This document shows, one piece after another, positions 16,451 to 25,684 of a stretch of 32,000 nt of DNA; position 1 is the first letter of the stretch, and the number at the start of each line of letters is the position of its first letter. The position numbers and the translations under genes are program-made. This DNA is from Candidatus Methylomirabilis limnetica. Lineage in GTDB: Bacteria > Methylomirabilota > Methylomirabilia > Methylomirabilales > Methylomirabilaceae. The DNA lies in contig NZ_NVQC01000022.1 of assembly GCF_003044035.1 (NCBI RefSeq), forward strand, positions 330,001 to 362,000, written 5' to 3'. Under the pieces are notes generated by a model. That model saw nothing but the letters and a program-made list of their open reading frames with translations. It was not told where the DNA came from and searched no databases.

Positions 16451-17125
16451 TCACGGTGCGCGATGCGTCTTGCGCCTCCCGCTCGTTTTTCCTCTCCATC
16501 CGGGAGTGCTCCCCTCGTCAGCGGCACGCACCTCCTCTGGAATTCCACCGAAAAACCAATACAGGGCCATCCAGATCAACACCGGTAAAAGCTGACTCGC
16601 CATCGACAGGTAGAAGTTCGTCCCCCAGACAGAGAGGCGACCGGCAACGCTCTGAAAGGCTTCAAGTTCAGGCTGCTGAAAGAATTTCATGCCGATCACA
16701 AGGTACAGTATGTGTGTCAAAAACAGAACACCCAACGCGATCGTCAGACTTACACACCGGCGCCTCCAAGCAACGTGCCGCTGGGCCAATACAAGGCCAG
16801 TCATGAGAACGAGATTGAAGTGAGTCAAATAGCCTGTGAATCCCTGGATCTTCATCCCTTCCGTAAAAGGGCGATCCGAGCGCATAATTAAAATATTGCC
16901 CTTCCAACCCACGAGGCTATGAACACGAGGGGCCTCTGTGACGGCAAGCAGGACATTGGCGCCGGAGGCGAGAAGGCGGTTGTAGCCGGGGGTGATGACG
17001 AACCACAGGGGGAGGATGAGGCAGAAGACCAGGAGAAACCGGCCGGCAAACGCCAGCAGCGCTTTAGTGTCGGGGAGCACCGACAAACCGCTCCGTCCAG
17101 TAGATCCAGGCCAGAAGGGCGGCAA
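16451..17125 (-). CDS. Polytopic membrane protein co-transcribed with the exosortase (possible exosortase-H-associated membrane protein)
   Basis: About 5-6 hydrophobic helices. The ORF overlaps the exosortase stop at 17064. The ORF-track start is TTG 17125, and GTG 17080 is an alternative. The family assignment comes from context only. Confidence 0.55.
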   Translation of the reverse strand: MPPFWPGSTGRSGLSVLPDTKALLAFAGRFLLVFCLILPLWFVITPGYNRLLASGANVLLAVTEAPRVHSLVGWKGNILIMRSDRPFTEGMKIQGFTGYLTHFNLVLMTGLVLAQRHVAWRRRCVSLTIALGVLFLTHILYLVIGMKFFQQPELEAFQSVAGRLSVWGTNFYLSMASQLLPVLIWMALYWFFGGIPEEVRAADEGSTPGWRGKTSGRRKTHRAP

Positions 17126-17576
17126 AGATGATCAACGATTGCCAAATCAGTAGATGGGCAGTCTCGAAGAATGACGGAAAATAGCGGCCGATATACATGA
17201 GACTGACCACTCTAATGAGGTTTAAAGAGAGGATCACTGATGCCCCCAGCAGAACCCCCTTGAGTTTCTCTGTCGCCCGACTTGGATAGGCCAGGACTGC
17301 TGACACGTAGATCGCCACGACAAAGATGCCGGTGCACACATCGTCGATCCGAGCCGCAAACCCCTCAACCTGGAGGATAGTTCCCGAAGTCGTGGCCTTG
17401 AGGGACAGGAGGTTCAGGACGAACCCGCTGACTGCGGCAAACGCCAGCGCCAGCGGCTGCCCGACAAGCTCCCGCATGATGCTTGTTCGTAGGAGCGTGT
17501 AAAACACGATGATGCACACCAGGAAGGTGATACATGCCCTGACCACTGGCTTATTTAGACTAAGTCGTTGCTCCAT
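17064..17576 (-). CDS. Exosortase/archaeosortase family protein, short form (XrtH-like)
   Basis: 170 aa with about 5 TM helices. The family signature residues occur in order: catalytic Cys in DDVCTGIF, Arg in LNLIRVVS and His in ETAHLLIWQ. An IPTLxxWG-like substrate is encoded in the same locus at 27938-28837. Confidence 0.8.
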   Translation of the reverse strand: MEQRLSLNKPVVRACITFLVCIIVFYTLLRTSIMRELVGQPLALAFAAVSGFVLNLLSLKATTSGTILQVEGFAARIDDVCTGIFVVAIYVSAVLAYPSRATEKLKGVLLGASVILSLNLIRVVSLMYIGRYFPSFFETAHLLIWQSLIIFAALLAWIYWTERFVGAPRH

Positions 17577-17876
17577 CGATTCCCTTTTGCACCTTCAAGG
17601 AGTGAGGAAAAGAAAGAGTGCGGTTAGCATTCTACATACAACAGCACTACACCCATTGTCACTACCTACACATACCATCCGACCCAGGCATACTCATCAG
17701 ACCGCATGCGGCGGCTCAAGTGATCGCTGACCGAGTCGCCGGACGCGCCGCCGCGTGGGCAGCAAAACAGCGGTCAATATCAGCTCACTGCGGTCAGCTT
17801 GCACACATTGAAGTTGTCTGGATCAGAGGTGAGGGTGCGCCCCCAAACCTTTTCACTCTTGCCTGCTTCTACCGGA

Positions 17877-18383
17877 TCACGGGATGGTTACCCGGTACAC
17901 GGTCAAGCTGATTTGTGCAATACTGCCTGCAACACCAGCGAAGGTCCCATCGCCACCAAGAATAATGCCGCGCGCCGTATTCGGAGAGTCAGCAAAGTTC
18001 CGGACTATCTTGTAATAGACATTCCCTCCCGGCAGGACCGCAGCCCCATCGGTGTAGTTGAATGTTCCGGCGGACCCATTATAGCGCGGGATGGTCTCAA
18101 AATAACTCCCAAACGTTGCTGTGCCGTCAGCAGATTTAATCAAGCCTCCTGAATACGCCACATCGAACCCTGCAGCGGACGGATTCAGGCCGCTAATGGC
18201 GCCATCGCTCTGCACGAATTGCACATCAACAATAGTGGCAGCCTTGACGAGACTGGGCAGCAAGATCAGAACAAAGGCAAGCGCCACACAGCCTCCCCAT
18301 GATCGCCCCGATCCTCGCCTATGGCGAGTCGTGCTGAGACTCACATGATGCCAGGACAAAATAGCCTCGATGGTTCTTCGCAT
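17877..18383 (-). CDS. Secreted/anchored hypothetical protein
   Basis: ATG 18383 is preceded by a ggagg Shine-Dalgarno. The basic N-region is followed by the hydrophobic segment CVALAFVLILLPSLVKA. The mature part is Gly/Ala/Ser-rich with no recognised domain. Confidence 0.65.
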   Translation of the reverse strand: MRRTIEAILSWHHVSLSTTRHRRGSGRSWGGCVALAFVLILLPSLVKAATIVDVQFVQSDGAISGLNPSAAGFDVAYSGGLIKSADGTATFGSYFETIPRYNGSAGTFNYTDGAAVLPGGNVYYKIVRNFADSPNTARGIILGGDGTFAGVAGSIAQISLTVYRVTIP

Positions 18384-18736
18384 GGCCTCCCCCCCCTTTT
18401 TGATGGGTGCGAGCGGAGTCGATCCGTTCGCCCTCCTGTTCGCTTACCACGCAACGCCCCAGCACACCACTTCTTCTGTAGTCCCTCGGTGCGATAGTTT
18501 CTCTTTCACCAGAACTGTCGTTTATTCCAACACGCCATACAGCGGTTGTCAATCTCAATTGTTCACCCCAGTATCAGTATAGATTGGGATGCGTCATCGC
18601 GAGACACCCATCCCACATTCTCCCGCAAAGAGGGAATGGAGCATGTTGCCAATAGGACGGGCATGGGGAGGGTCGTGAGATCAACCGATTCCCCGTCCGG
18701 GTTGTTTTGGTGAGGATTGCACCTCACTGAATCCAT

Positions 18737-19495
18737 TCACCGTAGGGGTGTTGCGCGTTGCGGGGGTTCGGTGGCGAGCCTTTGTCGGATACGCCAAAGG
18801 TCCACCAACATCTGCACGGGGTGACGCAGCAGGCTCACCTGACTGCTCGGATCATTGATCCAGCGCACCGGCATCTCACATACGGCATATCCCAACTGCA
18901 TCGCGATAAGGATAGCCTCGACGTCGAAGGCAAAGCCGTCGATACGCGCGTATTGGAAGACCGCGTGCGCCGCCTCGCGCCGAAACAGCTTGAAACCGCA
19001 CTGCGTATCCCGAAAAGGGATCGAGAGGTAGACCCGCAGGAGGCGATTGAACAGCTTCCCCATCAATTCCCGCAGGCGAGTCTGACGCACCAGTATCTGC
19101 GATCCTACCAGCGCGCGTGAACCGATCACAAGATCGCTACCCTCCGAAAGGAGCTTCAAGGCTCCATCTACCTCCTCAATGGGTGTGGAGAGATCCGCAT
19201 CCGAGAACAGCACGACCGCTCCCGTGGCCGCCATCATACCGGCCCGAATGGCGGCGCCCTTGCCCCGGTTCTGTGAGAAGCGAATCAGCCTCAACTCCGG
19301 CGCGCGCGCCATGAATTGTTCCACGACGGCGACCGTGCTATCGCGCGATCCGTCATCCACTACAATCATCTCGAACCCGCCCGCCCCGTATCGGGACCGC
19401 AAATAGCCCCACACCCGCTGGAGCGATGGGCCGATCCGACTCGCCTCATTGTACGTGGGAATCACTACGCTTAATTGAATCGCCTCTTGCCCCAT
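18737..19495 (-). CDS. GT2 glycosyltransferase, dolichyl/polyprenyl-phosphate beta-glucosyltransferase (ALG5)-like
   Basis: Motifs are LSVVIPTYNE, VVDDGSRDST, SDADLSTP (DXD) and the downstream RDTQCGFK typical of the DPG-synthase subgroup. The start overlaps the upstream gene by 50 nt. Confidence 0.8.
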   Translation of the reverse strand: MGQEAIQLSVVIPTYNEASRIGPSLQRVWGYLRSRYGAGGFEMIVVDDGSRDSTVAVVEQFMARAPELRLIRFSQNRGKGAAIRAGMMAATGAVVLFSDADLSTPIEEVDGALKLLSEGSDLVIGSRALVGSQILVRQTRLRELMGKLFNRLLRVYLSIPFRDTQCGFKLFRREAAHAVFQYARIDGFAFDVEAILIAMQLGYAVCEMPVRWINDPSSQVSLLRHPVQMLVDLWRIRQRLATEPPQRATPLR

Positions 19496-22061
19496 ATATG
19501 TCCCGTTGAAACGCTCGCGGACGACGCACGCTGAGTTTCAGGCGACCGTCACCAATACTATTGAAATAGTCCAGTCGAAAATCGTACACGCCGGCGTTCA
19601 GATGTAGGGCGGCGTTCTTCTCTCGATACGTATGGCTTCCACCATTATCGAGCACGATCGCGCCATCGAGGTACAGAAGACTTCCGTCATCTGAACCAAG
19701 GTCGAATCGGTACATCCCGGACTCAACAATGCGCATCCGCCCTTCAAGGCGTAAGGAGAAAGGCGGATCCCAAGGATGCGCCGACAACCCGGGTGTCCGT
19801 ATCCAATGGGCTTCAACCGATTCCCCTACCCGAATTTCCCGCCCTGCCTCTGTGTTCTCGCCGCTCCAGTTGACGGCGTGATAGTACCGGCTTCTCAGCC
19901 CCTCAGGAAAGAACCGGGCAATAGGAAGGGTCTCAAAGCAACTGCCCTGCGGGTTCTGAAGCGCCTCATCACCAACCGGATAGACATCCGCAAGCAGACG
20001 TCCCATACGTCCTTCATCTGCATACGAGAGGTGAAACCGGTGGCTACCCTTTTTTAACATCAGTGAGCATTGCATGAGCTGGAAAGGATGCGTGCCACTG
20101 TTGTCCAAGAGGGTATGACCGTCCAGCGTGAGTACGGCGCCATCGTATGAGCCGAGTAGAAAGTTGTACGCGCCTTGCCTCATGATGTGGAGGGTACCGG
20201 AAAGTTCCAAAGAAAACGGCCCCCTACCCCAAGGTCTCTTGGCCAGATATGCAGTTGCTTCCATCGGATCTTCAACCCAGAGAAGATCGAGCGGGACGCC
20301 TCGCCAAGAGAACGGTCTGTTGTGAATGATACCATCCGCGTGCCGTTCGTACTTACTCACGCCGGTCTCGAGGACAAAACCTGGAGAGGGCGAACCCTTT
20401 AAAAATCTATTCGCAATCTTGAGCCGCATAAATCTGGATTCTTTTGGGGACTCCAGCCGTATCGTGAATCGTTTGCGAATCTCAGCAAAGATCCTGACCG
20501 ATTCCAATTCGTAGATCGATTTGTCTGCTACACGCCGGTACATAGGGTGAAAATCCTGAAGGTAATAGACCGTGAATGCCTCTGGAGGCGTCGGACTGCC
20601 CGGATGAATGCTGTCCAGGAACGCTTCCAGCGTTGCCAACGGGCGAATTGGAAGGCATGAGTAGCGGCATTGGGTCGAACCAAACACAAAGACGGAGTCC
20701 ACAAAACGTTTGTGACCGAGGCTTAAGTACAGTCGCTCTAGCGCACCCGCGGGATCAGTGGTGTTCTCGGGGTAGGCAGAGAAGTTATAAACAAGCAGCA
20801 GCTTTTCTCCCGCGTTGACTCTTGAGCGGGCCTCCAAATACCAATTTACTTCCGACGCGGGCACGAGATAGTCCGCCTGAGAATAGGTAAAGGGCATCGG
20901 GTAGCGCCGCTCATCAACGGGTAGCTTCATGTAATTGACGAGATCTGCCATCTGCCAGATATTACCCAAGCACAGCAACGCAATGAGTACGACCTTCGGC
21001 CTCTCCCCAAATCGCGACATCCCGGCGGATTCGCAGAACATGCCGACGACCGCCACGATGCAATAGAACTCAACCAGCAGAAATCGTCTCGGACGCAGCC
21101 AATCGGCGCCTTGCATCCCCAGCACAACGACTAACCCGATCTGAAACATGAGGAGGCTCAGGAAGAACCACCGATTGCGTTTGAGAAAGAAGAGGCTAAA
21201 TAGTCCCAGTACAAACAGGACCGGGCTGTCGAGTAACTGATCATAGAAAAGCGCTTTGGCAAGATTCGCAATACTTGCGCTGATCGCATCAATCGTCACC
21301 GAACCGGAATGAACGACGGCTCCTACGTTCCCTCCCGGATATGAGAGGATCGTAGCAAGTTGAACCGTAGCGCCCAGAAGCCATATAATGCGTGTGCGAA
21401 GAGGGACATGTCGATGGAGGACAGCCGCCGCGATAAAGACTACAAACAATGATTTGCCGAGTTCGTACAGGTGCCATGACAGTTCGTTGGCAACCAGACA
21501 CAGAACGAGGCTTAATATCCAGTTGCGGCGAACCCGATTGTCTAAGGTAATCCACAGCGCAAGTGCGTGAGGTAGTAAGCCCGTAACATATGGATAGCCC
21601 GCAACAGAGAAGGAAAGCAGAGCCGGCGACGCGCCCCATGCGAGAAGCAGAATCCAGAATTGACGGATTGGAAGACCGATGAGCCGTATAACGAGCCACA
21701 GTGTCAGGACGAAGAGGGCGAAGGTAAGCAGGTGCGCCCAATACTCCCATGGCCATAGCGACCCTAGGTAGCCAGGAATCAACGTGTAGAGAAGGCTGTT
21801 GGTGTGATTCCAATATTGGAAGTGCCGTGTGGAATGGACTACGGATATGACGGCGTCCCAAAACGATCGAGTAGATACCAGAAACAGCCCATGGGCCGGG
21901 CCGAGCACATCCCAACCCGGATAGTAAGGGCCTCGGTACACCACACGCATCCACAACGAAAAGCTAATGCTGAATACGGCGAAGGAGGAGAAGGCGAGAA
22001 AGGCTGCGCGGCTTGAAAGCGGCGCGTTCTGCGGGTCACGTGCGTCATCCTTGTTCAGCAT
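19446..22061 (-). CDS. Polytopic membrane protein (GT-C-like N-terminal half) with two C-terminal PA14 domains
   Basis: 871 aa with about 11-12 TM helices in the first ~400 aa. Two PA14/GLEYA-type segments follow: G.YNFLLGSYDGAVLTLDGHTLLDNSG..L.L.KGSHRFHLSY and GMYRFDLGSDDGSLLYLDGAIVLDNGG..LHLNAGVYDFRLDYF. Confidence 0.75.
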   Translation of the reverse strand: MLNKDDARDPQNAPLSSRAAFLAFSSFAVFSISFSLWMRVVYRGPYYPGWDVLGPAHGLFLVSTRSFWDAVISVVHSTRHFQYWNHTNSLLYTLIPGYLGSLWPWEYWAHLLTFALFVLTLWLVIRLIGLPIRQFWILLLAWGASPALLSFSVAGYPYVTGLLPHALALWITLDNRVRRNWILSLVLCLVANELSWHLYELGKSLFVVFIAAAVLHRHVPLRTRIIWLLGATVQLATILSYPGGNVGAVVHSGSVTIDAISASIANLAKALFYDQLLDSPVLFVLGLFSLFFLKRNRWFFLSLLMFQIGLVVVLGMQGADWLRPRRFLLVEFYCIVAVVGMFCESAGMSRFGERPKVVLIALLCLGNIWQMADLVNYMKLPVDERRYPMPFTYSQADYLVPASEVNWYLEARSRVNAGEKLLLVYNFSAYPENTTDPAGALERLYLSLGHKRFVDSVFVFGSTQCRYSCLPIRPLATLEAFLDSIHPGSPTPPEAFTVYYLQDFHPMYRRVADKSIYELESVRIFAEIRKRFTIRLESPKESRFMRLKIANRFLKGSPSPGFVLETGVSKYERHADGIIHNRPFSWRGVPLDLLWVEDPMEATAYLAKRPWGRGPFSLELSGTLHIMRQGAYNFLLGSYDGAVLTLDGHTLLDNSGTHPFQLMQCSLMLKKGSHRFHLSYADEGRMGRLLADVYPVGDEALQNPQGSCFETLPIARFFPEGLRSRYYHAVNWSGENTEAGREIRVGESVEAHWIRTPGLSAHPWDPPFSLRLEGRMRIVESGMYRFDLGSDDGSLLYLDGAIVLDNGGSHTYREKNAALHLNAGVYDFRLDYFNSIGDGRLKLSVRRPRAFQRDIYGARGDSIKRSDSHVQ

Positions 22062-22164
22062 ACCACATCTCCGATGGTTCTATTTTCCAAGCCGGACATG
22101 CATGGTGACAGGAGAGATTCAACGCGGCTGTACGTGCGTAAACAGTCGGGTTGCTTCGCTGCAG

Positions 22165-22914
22165 TCACCTCCTGGTCGCCTGGCGGCCCTTTATGCACAC
22201 CTGCAACCACAGTAGAAACAGGCTGCCGAAGCGATAGAGGCCCTCGTGGAGAAGGTTGAACCGGCTCTTTCGCCGATCGTCGCACCAGACCGGCACCTCA
22301 ACAATGACGGCGCCATCGCGTTGACCCCAAGCGATGAGTTGCAGGATATAGGCGCTCTGGTCGGCCAAATACGGGAGATATGGCCGTATGGAGTCGATCC
22401 GAAATGCCTTGGCGCCGATCGAGTAGTCCGTAAACTCGAGGTGAAGCAATCGGCGCGTGCAGGCGATGAATGCCGCGCTCGCCATGTGTCGGATCCGCGA
22501 GCGCTGCTGCCCCCCGGTCTGCTTGGAGCCGATGACGATGTCCGCCGTGTCGAGTGTTGCCGCTGCGGCCGTGATGAAGTCGAGATCGATGGTGAGGTCG
22601 AGATCGAGACACACCACCCGGTCATACTGCGCGCGCGTAATCCCGGCCTTGAATGCGCGGCCCACCCCGCGCTGCGGTAATTCAATCACTGTGAGGTCCG
22701 TACACCCCACCGCACATGCCCTGGCGATCTCGACGGTCCGGTCGGTCGAGCCATTGCTTATCAGGAGCAGTTCATACGCCGTAATCTCTCGGTCCTTCAG
22801 GCAGCGCCTGAGGCGGTCGACGTTGGCGGCAAGAATGGCTTCTTCGTTATACGCCGGGAGGATGAATGTCAGTGGAGCTCGGCGTTGGTGAGCATCACGC
22901 GAGTCTTGGGGCAT
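22165..22914 (-). CDS. GT2 family glycosyltransferase
   Basis: Motifs are LTFILPAYNEE, LISNGSTDRT and an acidic LDLDLTIDLD motif. The start is ATG, and the gene begins 9 nt after the radical SAM stop. Confidence 0.8.
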   Translation of the reverse strand: MPQDSRDAHQRRAPLTFILPAYNEEAILAANVDRLRRCLKDREITAYELLLISNGSTDRTVEIARACAVGCTDLTVIELPQRGVGRAFKAGITRAQYDRVVCLDLDLTIDLDFITAAAATLDTADIVIGSKQTGGQQRSRIRHMASAAFIACTRRLLHLEFTDYSIGAKAFRIDSIRPYLPYLADQSAYILQLIAWGQRDGAVIVEVPVWCDDRRKSRFNLLHEGLYRFGSLFLLWLQVCIKGRQATRR

Positions 22915-22923
22915 GGCGGGGGC

Positions 22924-24282
22924 CTAGGAGAAGGCCGGTCGCACGTAGTCCCAGAACAGTGCGGCCTGTCGGCGCCAAAGGTGAAGGTCTACCCGGCGAA
23001 TCCTGGACCAGAGCACCGCCGGTCGCAGGTAGAACTCGCGGAAGGCCCGGTCGGCGACGGCCTGAAGGAGACGGGGATCGTGCTCCTTGCTCAGCACGTC
23101 GGGGAACAGTTCCGAGGCGCCGCTCATCTCGTACAGCGTCGTGCCCAGGTAGGGAGTCACGGCATGAAACGACGCATAGGTTGGGTTCAGTCGCTTGGCA
23201 AATGCGATTGTCGCCTCCATATCCTCGGCGGTCTCTCCCGGAAAGCCGAACATGAAGAAACAGACCTGATCGATTCCTGACTGCTTCGTCTCTGCAATTC
23301 CCCGTTCGATCTGCTCAAGAGTAATCCGCTTGTTAGTTTCGGCAAGAATTCTGGCTGAACCGCTTTCCACGCCGAAGTGGATGAGCCGACAGCCGGCCCG
23401 CTTCATCAATTGCAGAAGCGGCCCGTCCACATAATCGGCCCTGGTCTGGCACGCCCACTCGAAGGATAACTTCGCTGACGCCAGTCGTTCACAGAGATCC
23501 CAGACGTCGTCGCGGACCGCAGTAAACTCGAGATCGATGAAGTAGCCTGTCTCGGCTCCTGCCTCTCGAACCAGATACGTCACCTCACGGATAACCTGCT
23601 CAGGATCTTTCTTACGGTAGCCTTTGCCGTACATCTTGAGGAGGCAGAAAGAACATCGATAGTGACAACCGCGCGTCGCTTCAAGTAGGGCAAACCTGCC
23701 GCCGAGGACTTCGTAACGGTAGTTGCGGAGGTCGAGGAGATGAAAAGCGGGCAGTGGCAGGGTTGTCAGATCTATGGGGTTTCCTTCCGGGGTATTGATG
23801 AGCGTGCCCCCTTGCAGATAGCTAATACCCGGCACCTCGGAAGGATCTTTGCCATCACAGAGCGCTCGGACCGCCAGTTCAGGCTCACCACGGATCACGG
23901 CCCGCGCCCGCGTCATGTTGAGAAGTTCGCCAGGCGCAACGGTCCCATGTGTCCCCATGACGTACAGCTTGTCGGGTTCTACCAGATGTGTAACGGCCAG
24001 GAATGGGCTGAGATCAAGGTTGGGGCATTGCCACCGATCAATCGGCGCTGAGGTGATAAACACCAGATCGTGCTGCGTCGCGGCGTCTCGAATCGCATCG
24101 AGTGGGGTGGGCGTGGCGCGGGCATCGATGATGCTGGCGCTATGTCCATCCTGTTCCAGCAGTGCCGCGCAGTTCAGCAGGTCAAGGGGAGGCCATGTCC
24201 GATTGAACCGGCGTCCTTTTCGGCTTACCAGCCCGTCCCAGCTCGGATTGACCAGCAGGACTTTCAGTCGCCTTCCCGCCAT
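22924..24282 (-). CDS. B12-binding domain radical SAM protein (class B)
   Basis: The N-terminus KVLLVNPSW.. has a Rossmann-like cobalamin-binding domain layout. The radical SAM cluster motif is present as ATRGCHYRCSFC (CxxxCxxC). Confidence 0.85.
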   Translation of the reverse strand: MAGRRLKVLLVNPSWDGLVSRKGRRFNRTWPPLDLLNCAALLEQDGHSASIIDARATPTPLDAIRDAATQHDLVFITSAPIDRWQCPNLDLSPFLAVTHLVEPDKLYVMGTHGTVAPGELLNMTRARAVIRGEPELAVRALCDGKDPSEVPGISYLQGGTLINTPEGNPIDLTTLPLPAFHLLDLRNYRYEVLGGRFALLEATRGCHYRCSFCLLKMYGKGYRKKDPEQVIREVTYLVREAGAETGYFIDLEFTAVRDDVWDLCERLASAKLSFEWACQTRADYVDGPLLQLMKRAGCRLIHFGVESGSARILAETNKRITLEQIERGIAETKQSGIDQVCFFMFGFPGETAEDMEATIAFAKRLNPTYASFHAVTPYLGTTLYEMSGASELFPDVLSKEHDPRLLQAVADRAFREFYLRPAVLWSRIRRVDLHLWRRQAALFWDYVRPAFS

Positions 24283-24388
24283 ACTGAGATCACCTTATCC
24301 CATCATGCTAATAATTTATTCTGAAATCTCCCTTTACCCCTCTTTGCCAAAGAGGGGATTTATTCCTCCCTTTGGAAAAGGGAGGTTA

Positions 24389-25684
24389 GGCAGTGTAAAT
24401 AAATAAAGGTATCAACTTCGCTCTGTAGCTTTTGGTCTTATGACGTAGTTCCAGTCGCCATGAAACTTATTACGTTCCACATTGATGCGCTTCATCTCTT
24501 CATCGCTAACCTTGCGTCCGGTTGGATATTTCCGGCGATCCAATCTACACGTCACTTTCAGCCCCTTCGCCGTGGTCGTCCTGGCGATGAGATTGACGAT
24601 CGTTTCGTAATCCCGCAACGGTTCACCACGCCAATTTGACGTGATAAAGGAAAACAGCCGGTGTTCGATCTTGTTCCATTTGCTGGTGCCGGGAGGAAAA
24701 TGACAGACGGAAAGGCACATGCCGGTTTGATCAGCAAACTTCTGCAACTCCAACTTCCAAAGCCGCAACCGCGACCCATTGCTCCCCCCGCCGTCGGCAG
24801 TGATCAGAAGCGTTGCCGTATCCGGATACAGCCGTCGTCCTTCAAAATGCCACCACCCGCGAATCGAGGCCACGGCAAATTCTCCAGTGTCATGGTCGGT
24901 CCCCACATTGACAAAACCGGCGTTGCGTCCGAGGTCGTAAATACCATACGGATAGGCGCGTGGCACTTCTGGGCTGGGGAAGTCGTGACCTTGAACTTTT
25001 TTGGGCTGCTTTGCCGGAAGCCATTGCTGACCGGCATTGTTGTAGTTGCCGATGAGTTCCTTCTTTTTTGTGTCCACCGAAATCACAGGAATGCCTTGCG
25101 CCAGGCGTCTCTTTACCGCAGCATTGATGTGCCGAAATTGCGCATCGCGGTCGGGGTGGTCTGTGCCCTCCTCGGTCTTCCGATTGCTCTGCAGACTATA
25201 GTTCAGATCGTGAAGAATCTGCGCGACCTTTGCATGGCTGACCGGGTGCTTGTTCCTGCCAAGCTGCCTGGCAATCGCCCGCGTGCTTTTACAAATCCAT
25301 CGCAGGGGGGACTGTGGATCGCCTCGCGTTTGGCCATCAATCATCTCTTCCAATGCATCCAACAGACGTGGGTCGGAAACGGTGATGGACTTGCGCCCTG
25401 CTCCGGGACAACGGATGCGACCTTCCGATGGCACTATCCCTTCTTGAATTTCGCGGACTCCTTTGGCGATGGCCCGTCGCGACAATCCACACGCGCGATG
25501 CACCACAGAGATTCCACCAAAGCCCAAACTCACGGCTTCATTAGCAGCCATGATGCGGCGCGTGCGCTCGTCCAAAAGCGGCCACACAGAACGAAACTTC
25601 CGTCTCAACTCGGGCAGGGTGTTCATGCTCAAGAAGCATACCACCACAACTCATAGATTGATACCTTTATTTATTTACACTGCC
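24389..25684 (-). mobile_element. ISAzo13-family insertion sequence (1296 bp)
   Basis: Perfect 27-bp terminal inverted repeats ggcagtgtaaataaataaaggtatcaa lie at 24389-24415 and, as reverse complement, at 25658-25684. They are flanked by the direct repeat TTA (24386-24388 and 25685-25687). The element holds a single transposase ORF. Confidence 0.9.
24412..25626 (-). CDS. ISAzo13 family (Rhodopirellula-type DDE) transposase
   Basis: The start is set to ATG 25626 (MNTLPELRRKF..). The N-terminal LDERTRR..AANEA..LG.GGIS......G.SR..I..G..E and the C-terminal DDE region (SVDTKKKE, ITADGGGSN, HFPPGTSKWNKIEHRLF) fit this family. Confidence 0.88.
   Translation of the reverse strand: MNTLPELRRKFRSVWPLLDERTRRIMAANEAVSLGFGGISVVHRACGLSRRAIAKGVREIQEGIVPSEGRIRCPGAGRKSITVSDPRLLDALEEMIDGQTRGDPQSPLRWICKSTRAIARQLGRNKHPVSHAKVAQILHDLNYSLQSNRKTEEGTDHPDRDAQFRHINAAVKRRLAQGIPVISVDTKKKELIGNYNNAGQQWLPAKQPKKVQGHDFPSPEVPRAYPYGIYDLGRNAGFVNVGTDHDTGEFAVASIRGWWHFEGRRLYPDTATLLITADGGGSNGSRLRLWKLELQKFADQTGMCLSVCHFPPGTSKWNKIEHRLFSFITSNWRGEPLRDYETIVNLIARTTTAKGLKVTCRLDRRKYPTGRKVSDEEMKRINVERNKFHGDWNYVIRPKATERS

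Noticed and set aside
17064-17125. 62-nt overlap between the exosortase and the downstream membrane gene as evidence of a frameshifted single gene
   Set aside because: The ORF-track start of the downstream gene is a TTG. An in-frame GTG at 17080 reduces the overlap to 17 nt. Both ORFs are complete with coherent TM topology, so two coupled genes is the simpler reading.
17625-17700. G-depleted CA-rich tract in the leader upstream of the exosortase gene
   Set aside because: The skew is real by eye, but I found no repeat, hairpin or known riboswitch/sRNA signature in it. It is noted only as a place to look if 5-prime end data become available.
24661-25656. 331-aa + strand ORF inside the ISAzo13 element
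   Set aside because: It is antisense to the transposase, which carries the family-specific motifs, and it has no independent support.
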